From assembly GCA_964653575.1 (NCBI GenBank), contig CAZZFP010000003.1, positions 5,898-69,897 on the forward strand: a stretch of 64,000 nucleotides of DNA, given 5' to 3'. Below are positions 36,790 to 44,678 of the stretch, in pieces (the stretch's first letter is position 1; each line of letters opens with the position of its first letter). This DNA comes from an uncultured Lachnospiraceae bacterium (GTDB lineage Bacteria > Bacillota > Clostridia > Oscillospirales > CAG-272). Made by a program: the position numbers and the translations under genes. The notes under the pieces were generated by a model. It did no database searches and had not been told where the DNA came from. It saw only the letters and a program-made list of their open reading frames with translations.

Positions 36790-39114
36790 ATGCGATTGTT
36801 CAGAAACAGACCTTTGTGTCTTTGCTGTGCTGTCTATATGGCGGTATCCGCCCTCGGTTTTTGCTTTAATATGACGGGGAAGGCTATTCTCGGATCCTTG
36901 GTGACGGTCAGTGTTATATGCGTGCTTATCGCGGCACTTTGCGGAAAGCTGAGCAAGAGCTCGGCTGTGGCGGCAGGAGTCGCAGCTATCTTTGCTATAT
37001 CGGCACTGACGGTATCTTACGTATGCTTTGAACGTACGGATGAGTTGTGCGGGCAGTACTACGGAGATACGTGTGAAGTAAATGCGGTGGTAACAGAACG
37101 CAAAAGCAGTGACAGCTTTTATTCCGTTCTCGGGATAAAAGTGTATGAAATAAACGGAGAACGCGTAAATATCAAAGCTCTTCTTGAATGCGATTATGAA
37201 TGTGATCTTCAGCCCGGGTATGAGATCGATGCCGTGCTTATCGGAGATAAAATTTCGGCTCTCTACGGCAGCGGCTCCGCTATCTCATTTCTGTCCGACG
37301 GTTATCGGATGCTGTTCATCGACGATCCGTCGGAAGTCAACGCAGACGGTACTTTGAAAACGAATATAAATGTTATCGATACCGAGGTCAAAGGTCTTGC
37401 AATATACGCACGTCAGCTGAATGAACTTTTGAGCGCAAGGCTTATGTCCTCGCTCGGAAATACTTCCGGCAGACTTGCAAGCGCGCTTTTGCTCGGAAAC
37501 AAGGACAAGATACCGGATGCGGTGCAAAGAGATTTTAAACGTTCGGGAATATCGCATATTCTGGCGCTTAGCGGTATGCACCTTTCTATATTGCTTGGAA
37601 TATTCGGCTTTTTGCTTGGTAAATTAGGCGTCGGAAGGACTCCCAAAATAATTATCCTTTGCGCTATAGCGCCGGCATATCTTGTTTTGACCGGATGCTC
37701 GGTGTCGGCGGCGCGAGCCTTCATAATGGTAACGGTGACTTATATCACTTCGCTAATAGGAGGTCGGTCCGATACACTTACAAATCTGTTCCTTGCGGGC
37801 GCCGTTATATTGATGGTATCTCCGTTTGCCGTATGCGACGCGGCGTATTGGCTTTCCTTGTTTGCTACTCTCGGCATAGTGGTCGGCAGTGACATCTTTT
37901 CACAGTGGATCGGCAGAATGAGCAGATCGGCGCAAAAGCGCAAATGGCTCAGGGGCGTCATCTATATCACCTCGGCACTGATAACGGGAATATGCGCAAA
38001 TATTGCAGTGACCTTTTTTATGTGGTTATATTTCGGCGAGCTTTCGCTCCTCTCGCCAATAATAACTATTGCGGTCACACCTATGGTGTACGCTCTGATA
38101 ATAATATCACTCGTTTGCTTTACGATCGGCTCTGTCCCGACGGTAGGAAAATTGCTTTCTTTGGCGGCGAGCGCGATATCCGATATGCTTATCAAGCTGA
38201 CTCATACCGTGTCATCGTGGGATCACGCGACGATATCGCTTTCTTACCGCTTTGTAAGCTTTATAGTCATAGCTATGACCCTGGCTTTGGTTGTTATGCT
38301 TATCGTAAGAATAAATAAAAAGATTCTCCTTTCGATCCCGGTGCTTGCACCGTGTCTGCTGTTTTGCGTGGCACTTTTGATAAATAATTTCGATACTACT
38401 GTCAGTGCGACGTATATTCAAAGAAATTCTATGGGAGAGATGCTCGTGTTTTCCTCTACCGACGGCGCCGTGGTGTGTGATATATCCGACGGAAGCTATT
38501 CGCATTTGAACCTTGCGGCAGACACGATCGGCAAATCGGGAAACACGGTAACGGATGTTATAATACTTACTCATTATCATAAAAAGCACGTAACGAGTCT
38601 TGGCAGATATATGAATAACTACATAGTCAAGCAGATATGGCTCCCTATACCTTTGACGACTGACGAATACTATATTATGAACGATATCCTGTGCCGTGCA
38701 GAGGAATCCGAGGTGTCCGTCGTGCTTTATGACAGCCTATCGAGTGAGAGCCTCAGTGTGTTTGGTGACGGTCAAATAAGGATCGAGCGTGAATATATAT
38801 CGCGTTCGGTACAGCCCGTCATTTATATAACCCTCGAGTCACGCGGAAAATCCGTTGCCTATATCGGAAAATCGGCATCGGAAACTTCGATGTGGGAGAA
38901 AATATCGAAATCGATAAAAAGCGACGAATATGTTATCTTCGGTAATCACGGTCCGAATACCAAGCTTCGTTATGACTGTTCGTTTGATCCGAGCGTTACG
39001 AGCGCCTTGATCTTCGCAAACGAGAGTGTTGCCGCCTATTCTCGCGTAAGCACGGAGTACAGCGATGTTAACATCGTGTGCGGTCCGGAAAAGCTGACGT
39101 TTAAATTAAATTGA
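36790..39114 (+). CDS. comEC: DNA internalisation competence protein ComEC/Rec2
   Basis: The 774-aa product has many TM helices, the motif GISHILALSGMHLSIL typical of the competence domain, and a C-terminal metallo-beta-lactamase-like region (ILTHYHKKH). Confidence 0.85.
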   Translation: MRLFRNRPLCLCCAVYMAVSALGFCFNMTGKAILGSLVTVSVICVLIAALCGKLSKSSAVAAGVAAIFAISALTVSYVCFERTDELCGQYYGDTCEVNAVVTERKSSDSFYSVLGIKVYEINGERVNIKALLECDYECDLQPGYEIDAVLIGDKISALYGSGSAISFLSDGYRMLFIDDPSEVNADGTLKTNINVIDTEVKGLAIYARQLNELLSARLMSSLGNTSGRLASALLLGNKDKIPDAVQRDFKRSGISHILALSGMHLSILLGIFGFLLGKLGVGRTPKIIILCAIAPAYLVLTGCSVSAARAFIMVTVTYITSLIGGRSDTLTNLFLAGAVILMVSPFAVCDAAYWLSLFATLGIVVGSDIFSQWIGRMSRSAQKRKWLRGVIYITSALITGICANIAVTFFMWLYFGELSLLSPIITIAVTPMVYALIIISLVCFTIGSVPTVGKLLSLAASAISDMLIKLTHTVSSWDHATISLSYRFVSFIVIAMTLALVVMLIVRINKKILLSIPVLAPCLLFCVALLINNFDTTVSATYIQRNSMGEMLVFSSTDGAVVCDISDGSYSHLNLAADTIGKSGNTVTDVIILTHYHKKHVTSLGRYMNNYIVKQIWLPIPLTTDEYYIMNDILCRAEESEVSVVLYDSLSSESLSVFGDGQIRIEREYISRSVQPVIYITLESRGKSVAYIGKSASETSMWEKISKSIKSDEYVIFGNHGPNTKLRYDCSFDPSVTSALIFANESVAAYSRVSTEYSDVNIVCGPEKLTFKLN

Positions 39115-39140
39115 AATTAAAAATCAAAAAGGAAAAACCT

Positions 39141-39902
39141 ATGACATACAATCTTATATGTTACGAAGAACTTGAGTCTACCAACCTTACGCTGTCCGAG
39201 CTTGCGAAGGGCGGTGCTCCAGAATTTACTACAGTTATTGCTCAAAAACAGACAAAGGGCAGGGGAAGACTTCAAAGAAGCTTTTATTCGAATGGTGGAC
39301 TATATATGTCTGTGCTGTTGAAGCCGCAAGCGCTCGACGACGGAGAGTCACTTATTACTCTGTACACAGCGGTGTGTGTCTGCAAAGCCTTGCGAAAGAT
39401 CTGCCGAGCAGATGTTGGTATCAAATGGGTAAACGATATCATATCGGATGGGGGCAAGGTGTCGGGAATACTCTGCGAAACGCATAAAGGTATTGACGGA
39501 GAGGCGTATATAATTGTCGGTATAGGTATCAATCTCGGAAGCATTGATTTCCCGCCGGAACTTGAAGGGATCGCGTGCTCTGTATCTGTTCACGAAAAGA
39601 AAAAAGCAAAGATCGGAAAAAAGCTTGCTGATCATATCGTAAAACAGCTGTCAAAATATCCGAAGCAACTTAAGAGCAAGCATTTTCTTGAATATTACAG
39701 AATGAATTGCCGCATTATTGATAAAAAAGTCACGGTCAGCGGAGACGGTGAACCATACGAGGCGATAGTTATGGGGATCAGTGACGACGGTGGGCTTATG
39801 GTATTTTCGAGAAAGGGCGCAAAGATCTTAAAATATGGTGAGGTATCCGTGCGTCCTGTGCCCGAAGAAAATTCAGAGTCGAGTACTCAGACACGGTCGT
39901 AG
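39141..39902 (+). CDS. birA: Biotin--[acetyl-CoA-carboxylase] ligase (group I, no N-terminal HTH)
   Basis: It has the biotin-ligase motif QTKGRGRLQRSF and the motif IKWVNDI. I prefer the ATG at 39141, after AAAGGAAAAAC. The product is too short for a DNA-binding domain. Confidence 0.85.
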   Translation: MTYNLICYEELESTNLTLSELAKGGAPEFTTVIAQKQTKGRGRLQRSFYSNGGLYMSVLLKPQALDDGESLITLYTAVCVCKALRKICRADVGIKWVNDIISDGGKVSGILCETHKGIDGEAYIIVGIGINLGSIDFPPELEGIACSVSVHEKKKAKIGKKLADHIVKQLSKYPKQLKSKHFLEYYRMNCRIIDKKVTVSGDGEPYEAIVMGISDDGGLMVFSRKGAKILKYGEVSVRPVPEENSESSTQTRS

Positions 39903-40000
39903 CGTTTTGTGCAATTTTAGCGTTGAGATCACAAATAGTCAATATACAGTTGTACTAATTGATGAAATTTGAAAAAAGCTTGAGAAAACGCAAAAAAACG

Positions 40001-40029
40001 TTGACAAATGGCAATTTAAAGTATATAAT
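40001..40029 (+). promoter_or_regulatory. Perfect consensus sigma-A promoter of feoA (TTGACA-N17-TATAAT)
   Basis: TTGACA is at 40001-40006 and TATAAT at 40024-40029, with an exact 17-nt spacer. Confidence 0.65.
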
Positions 40030-40036
40030 ATCGAAT

Positions 40037-40054
40037 AGTTAGCGAGGACTAACT
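40037..40054 (+). promoter_or_regulatory. Palindrome AGTTAG-N6-CTAACT at the predicted feoA transcription start (operator or leader hairpin candidate)
   Basis: Read directly from the sequence. It begins 8 nt after the -10 hexamer. The same GTTAG-N6-CTAAC core recurs at 40426-40441. Confidence 0.35.
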
Positions 40055-40143
40055 TGCGAGGCGAGGCGGCGGAGATCAAACCGACCGACGGCATAAAGTA
40101 GCCACATCCTTGCAGGTGTAAAAAATCTCGGAGGTATATTTTT

Positions 40144-40365
40144 ATGAAGACGTTGAAAGACGCAAAGATTGGTGAGACGGTAAAGGTAGTAAAGGTACGC
40201 GGAGAGGGCGCAATAAGGCGCAGAATAATGGATATGGGAATAACCAAGGGAGTCGAGGTGTATGTCCGTAAGGTGGCACCGCTCGGAGATCCTATTGAGA
40301 TCTATGTTCGTGGATATGAGCTTACACTTCGCAAAGCCGATGCGGATATGATAGACGTAGAATAA
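40144..40365 (+). CDS. feoA: Ferrous iron transport protein A
   Basis: It is a 73-aa SH3-like FeoA with the sequence RRIMDMGITKG. It lies upstream of feoB. Confidence 0.9.
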   Translation: MKTLKDAKIGETVKVVKVRGEGAIRRRIMDMGITKGVEVYVRKVAPLGDPIEIYVRGYELTLRKADADMIDVE

Positions 40366-40390
40366 AGTTAAAAGTGGCGATATGCCGGGC

Positions 40391-40414
40391 GCGGGGAATA
40401 TCCCTGCTTATTTT
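40391..40414 (+). terminator. Terminator or attenuator-like hairpin between feoA and feoB
   Basis: A stem pairs gcgggg with ccctgc (6 bp, one G-U pair) around the loop aatat, followed by TTATTTT. Confidence 0.4.
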
Positions 40415-40425
40415 AAGGAAACAAG

Positions 40426-40441
40426 GTTAGCTTAAACTAAC
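40426..40441 (+). promoter_or_regulatory. Second GTTAG-N6-CTAAC palindrome, upstream of feoB
   Basis: Read directly from the sequence. It lies 52 nt upstream of the feoB ATG. Confidence 0.35.
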
Positions 40442-40492
40442 ATTCAAAAAGCTGAATAATGCAACATAACAAGAAAGGATCCGATCAAAAAA

Positions 40493-42886
40493 ATGGATAT
40501 CAGAATCGCCCTTGCGGGGAATCCCAATTGCGGCAAGACTACATTGTTTAATGTGCTTACCGGTTCAAATCAGTTCGTAGGAAATTGGCCCGGAGTTACG
40601 GTAGAAAAGAAGGAAGGCTATCTCAAAAAGCACGACGGCGTAATAATCACAGACCTTCCGGGTATTTACTCGCTCTCGCCTTATACACTTGAAGAAGTCG
40701 TTGCGAGAAACTATCTCGTGGGCGAACGTCCCGATGCGATATTAAATATAATCGATGGTACCAACATTGAACGTAATCTATACCTTACAACACAGCTTGC
40801 AGAGCTCGGTATACCGATGATTATAGCTATTAATATGATGGACGTTGTAAGGAAAAACGGTGATAAGATTGATATTGAGGAGCTTTCTCGCAGGCTCGGA
40901 TGTAAGGTCGTCGAGATCTCGGCACTGAAAGGCGACGGCGTTATCGCGGCGGCTGAGTTGGCGATCGAGGCGGCAAACGAAGGCAAGCCCGCACCGACAC
41001 CTACATTTTCCGGCAAGGTCGAGCACGCGATAGCTCACATAGAGGAAGCCGCTATTCACGATATGTCCGAGGAAAGACAAAGATGGTATGCGATAAAGAT
41101 ATTCGAACGCGATGATAAGGTGCTTGATGAGCTCAAGTTGCCCGATGAGCTGATCGCTCATATCGAAAAAGACATACAAAAGGTCGAGACGGCGTTTGAC
41201 GATGATTCCGAAAATATTATTATAAACGAAAGATATACCTACATAACCGAGCTTGTCAAGACCTTCTATAAGAAAAAGAACCACGGAAAGCTTACGACCT
41301 CCGACAAGATCGACCGAGTCGTTACGAACAGATGGGCGGCACTTCCGATATTTGCGCTTATAATGTTCCTTGTTTATTACATATCGGTGACTACAGTCGG
41401 AACATGGGTCACGGATTGGACCAATGACGGACTTTTCGGAGACGGCTTCCACCTGTTTGGAATAGGAAGTGGGGAATATGAAGAAGTTATAAATGAATAT
41501 GCTTCCGAGCATATTTTTACCGAAGAGCTCAAGACGATAGTAAATGACGCTGTGGCGGCAGATGTCAAGGGCGCAGAAGAACTTGCAAAAGCTGTAAGCG
41601 ACGGCAAATTTAAAGCATTTCAAGAACAATATGGTACGTACGCGGAAGTTTTGAAAGCCGATGGATATGATATCACGGCTATTTATGACACCGCTATGGA
41701 AAGCGCACCGCAGACCTCCGATTATGGCGTTTGGGTGCCGGGTATTCCCGTTCTCGTCGAAAAAGGACTTGACGCTTTGAACTGTGCCGAATGGCTCGAA
41801 AGCTTGCTTCTTGACGGTATTATCGGCGGAGTCGGTGCGGTTCTCGGGTTTGTTCCTCAAATGCTCGTGCTCTTTATGTTCCTTGCATTCCTCGAGGCCT
41901 GCGGATATATGTCTCGTATCGCCTTTATGATGGACAGACTTTTCCGTAAGTTCGGACTTTCGGGTAAATCCTTTATTCCGATGCTTATCGGAACGGGATG
42001 CGGCGTGCCGGGTATTATGGCTTCGAGAACGATAGAAAACGAGCGAGACCGCCGTATGACGATTATGACGACTACATTTATGCCGTGCAGTGCCAAGCTT
42101 CCCGTTATCGCATTGATAGCGACCGCACTTTTCGGGGGCGCGTGGTGGGTAGGACCGTCGGCTTATTTCCTCGGAATCGTCTCGATAGTTATATCGGGTG
42201 TAATGCTCAAAAAGACCAAGATGTTTGCAGGCGATCCCTCTCCGTTTGTAATGGAGCTTCCCGCGTACCATATGCCCACGATCACAAATATATTCAGATC
42301 AGTGTGGGAACGCGGCAGCTCGTTTATCAAGAAAGCGGGAACCGTTATACTTCTTTCCTCAATAATAGTTTGGGGCGGATCGGTATTCGGCGTCGTTGAC
42401 GGTAAATTTATGTTTGACTCCGAAATGGCGCTCGAAAACAGTATTCTCGGTATGATCGGCGGCGCAATTTCCTGGTTGTTTGTTCCTCTCGGATTCGGAA
42501 ATATCAAGGCTTCTATCGCGACGGTTATGGGACTTCTTGCAAAGGAAGAGATAGTCGGAGTATTCGGTGTACTTGATTTTGAGGGAATGTCGCAGATTGC
42601 GGCGTACGCATTCCTCGCGTTTAACCTGCTTTGCGCGCCTTGCGTTGCGGCAATGGGGGCGATCAGACGTGAGATGAACTCCGCAAAGTGGACTTGCTTT
42701 GCTCTTGCATATCAGTGCATATTTGCTTATGCCGTGGCGCTGATGATATATCAGTTCGGTTCTCTCATTATGGGATCCGCAAACGTGATCGGTGTTATCG
42801 CGGCTTGCGCAGTGCTTGCGATCATTATATATCTTCTTGTAAGACCTTATAAGGAAGCAACTAAACTTACAAAGAATCTCAAATAA
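40493..42886 (+). CDS. feoB: Ferrous iron transporter FeoB
   Basis: It has an N-terminal G-domain (GNPNCGKTTLFN, DLPGIYS, NMMD) followed by a large polytopic permease domain. Confidence 0.95.
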   Translation: MDIRIALAGNPNCGKTTLFNVLTGSNQFVGNWPGVTVEKKEGYLKKHDGVIITDLPGIYSLSPYTLEEVVARNYLVGERPDAILNIIDGTNIERNLYLTTQLAELGIPMIIAINMMDVVRKNGDKIDIEELSRRLGCKVVEISALKGDGVIAAAELAIEAANEGKPAPTPTFSGKVEHAIAHIEEAAIHDMSEERQRWYAIKIFERDDKVLDELKLPDELIAHIEKDIQKVETAFDDDSENIIINERYTYITELVKTFYKKKNHGKLTTSDKIDRVVTNRWAALPIFALIMFLVYYISVTTVGTWVTDWTNDGLFGDGFHLFGIGSGEYEEVINEYASEHIFTEELKTIVNDAVAADVKGAEELAKAVSDGKFKAFQEQYGTYAEVLKADGYDITAIYDTAMESAPQTSDYGVWVPGIPVLVEKGLDALNCAEWLESLLLDGIIGGVGAVLGFVPQMLVLFMFLAFLEACGYMSRIAFMMDRLFRKFGLSGKSFIPMLIGTGCGVPGIMASRTIENERDRRMTIMTTTFMPCSAKLPVIALIATALFGGAWWVGPSAYFLGIVSIVISGVMLKKTKMFAGDPSPFVMELPAYHMPTITNIFRSVWERGSSFIKKAGTVILLSSIIVWGGSVFGVVDGKFMFDSEMALENSILGMIGGAISWLFVPLGFGNIKASIATVMGLLAKEEIVGVFGVLDFEGMSQIAAYAFLAFNLLCAPCVAAMGAIRREMNSAKWTCFALAYQCIFAYAVALMIYQFGSLIMGSANVIGVIAACAVLAIIIYLLVRPYKEATKLTKNLK

Positions 42887-42917
42887 CTTTAAAGTTAAAT
42901 GTCGAATTAAATATTGA

Positions 42918-42956
42918 AAAGGATGTGCTTTTGATATACAACGGTACATCCTTTTT
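42918..42956 (+). terminator. Rho-independent terminator after feoB
   Basis: A stem pairs aaaggatgt with acatccttt and is followed by TTTTT. Confidence 0.7.
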
Positions 42957-43081
42957 GCGTTTTGCATACAACAAGGCTCGAATATCCCGTATAAACCGTC
43001 ATTCGGTATGGTATCAGCCGCCGCTCTCTCGCATATTATGTTAGAGGTACTTGTTTACCGCAATATACTTAGAGAAACGGA

Positions 43082-44008
43082 ATGGATACTATGAATAATG
43101 ATATAAAATTAACTTTGCTTGGCGGCGACGTAAGACAGCTGTCCGTCGCACACAGGCTGTGTGAGGAATTTGCCTATGTAAGTATGTGGGGGATAGACGG
43201 CGGAAACGGGGAGATCGGAGACGCCGTAATATACCGAGAAATTAAGGATGCGTTAAAAGACTGCGATGTGGTCATATTACCCTTGCCGGCATCCTCCGAC
43301 GGCGTGCGTATAAGCTGTCCCTTAAGCCCCGAGCTGCCTCCCGTAAGACTTCAAACTCTGCTTGACGATAAACTGTACGACGGAAAAAAGCCACTGATAC
43401 TCGGCGGAAGACTCAGCCCCGCGTTCAAGGAAGCGGCTAAAAAAGCAGGCTTTAAGGCGATAGATTACTATGAAAATGAGCTTTTGCAAATAAAAAACGC
43501 ACTTCCGACCGCCGAGGGCGCACTTGAGCTCGCGATGCGCACGCTTGATAAGACGATTCATTCGAGCAAGAGCGCGGTCATTGGCTACGGAAGGATATCG
43601 AAAGCGCTTTCGAGAATGCTTCTTGCTATGAAATCGGATGTAACGGTAGCGGCAAGAAAACCGAGCGACCTTGCTTACGCCGAGATAGACGGCTGCAAGA
43701 CTCTGAAAATTACTTATGAAGCAGGGAAGAGCTCGCTTAGCGCTTTGTGCTCGGGGTATGACGTCATATTTAATACCGTACCGTATTGGGTGTTTAATCG
43801 TGAGGTAATAGAAGCTATGGATAAGAATACTCTTGTTATAGATCTTGCCTCGGCACCGGGAGGATTTGATATAAACGCACTTAAAGATACGGGGATCGAG
43901 GTCATACGCGCGGCGTCTTTGCCGGGAAAATGTGCACCGATAAGCGCAGGACAGATCATCGGAGACACCATTCTTGAAATACTCCGCGTCGAGGGGGTGA
44001 GCTCGTGA
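43082..44008 (+). CDS. dpaA: Dipicolinate synthase subunit A (SpoVFA)
   Basis: It is a roughly 300-aa dehydrogenase-like protein and overlaps dpaB by 4 bp (GTGA). The N-terminus LGGDVRQ... and the overall layout match SpoVFA as I recall it. Confidence 0.8.
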   Translation: MDTMNNDIKLTLLGGDVRQLSVAHRLCEEFAYVSMWGIDGGNGEIGDAVIYREIKDALKDCDVVILPLPASSDGVRISCPLSPELPPVRLQTLLDDKLYDGKKPLILGGRLSPAFKEAAKKAGFKAIDYYENELLQIKNALPTAEGALELAMRTLDKTIHSSKSAVIGYGRISKALSRMLLAMKSDVTVAARKPSDLAYAEIDGCKTLKITYEAGKSSLSALCSGYDVIFNTVPYWVFNREVIEAMDKNTLVIDLASAPGGFDINALKDTGIEVIRAASLPGKCAPISAGQIIGDTILEILRVEGVSS

Positions 44009-44568
44009 TAGGATACGCACTTTGCGGATCGTTTTGCACGATTGCAAGATCTCTTGAGCAACTGCAAAAATTGCTTGATGCGGGATATGAAGTCATACCG
44101 ATCGTAAGTGAAAATGTATATAGTACGGACACGAGATTTACCGTCGCCTCGGAACTTTCCGCAAAGCTTGAAGATATGTGCGGACATAAGGTCATTCACA
44201 CGATAGTGGACGCCGAGCCGTTGGGACCCAAAACAGTGCTTGACGGTCTTATAATATGCCCGTGCACGGGGAATACGCTTGCCAAGCTTGCCTCGGGTAT
44301 AACCGATACCGCGGTATGTATGGCGGCAAAGGCGCATCTGCGCTCCGACCGTCCGCTCGTTATCTCGCTCGCAACAAACGACGCATTGTCGGCAAATTTA
44401 AAGAATATCGCGGTTATGTATTCAAGAAAGAATGTGTATTTTGTGCCGATGACGCAGGATGACCCCGTCAATAAGCCGCATTCTCTCGTGGCGAATTTCG
44501 AACTGCTTTATCCGACCTTCATCAATGCGATGGAGGGCAAGCAGTATCAAAAGATATTCGTTGAATGA
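44005..44568 (+). CDS. dpaB: Dipicolinate synthase subunit B (SpoVFB, flavoprotein)
   Basis: It closely matches B. subtilis SpoVFB as I recall it, in the motifs AEPLGPK, TGNTLAKLA, MAAKA..R..RP, TNDAL and QDDP.NKPHS.VA. Confidence 0.9.
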   Translation: MIGYALCGSFCTIARSLEQLQKLLDAGYEVIPIVSENVYSTDTRFTVASELSAKLEDMCGHKVIHTIVDAEPLGPKTVLDGLIICPCTGNTLAKLASGITDTAVCMAAKAHLRSDRPLVISLATNDALSANLKNIAVMYSRKNVYFVPMTQDDPVNKPHSLVANFELLYPTFINAMEGKQYQKIFVE

Positions 44569-44587
44569 TATATGTGACATATATAAA

Positions 44588-44630
44588 ACAAGACCCGAGC
44601 TGAGCCTTAAAGCTTAACTCGGGTTTTGTG
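44588..44630. terminator. Bidirectional terminator between the convergent dpaB and LRR-protein genes
   Basis: A long stem pairs aacaagacccgag with ctcgggttttgt. A and T tracts form the stem ends on both strands. Confidence 0.65.
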
Positions 44631-44678
44631 TAATTATAATCTTGATTTTTTAACTTTGGTTCGGAAAATTCGGTTTGA

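Noticed and set aside
40037-40441. The feoAB palindromes read as canonical DtxR/IdeR or Fur boxes.
   Set aside because: The half-site resembles TTAG/CTAA, but the spacer is 6 nt rather than 1 nt. There is no GATAATGATAATCATTATC-like Fur consensus. I report them as an unassigned motif instead.
40778-42271. A 497-aa minus-strand ORF, the longest unexplained ORF in the track.
   Set aside because: It lies entirely antisense to feoB. It is R/H/K/C-rich low-complexity sequence with no RBS, a typical shadow ORF of a long gene.
43020-43081. The sequence gCATAttaTg upstream of dpaA read as a mother-cell sigma-K or sigma-E -10 element (CATAnnnTA), as expected for spoVF.
   Set aside because: I could not find the matching -35 AC element at the correct spacing. 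This is too weak to call from sequence alone.
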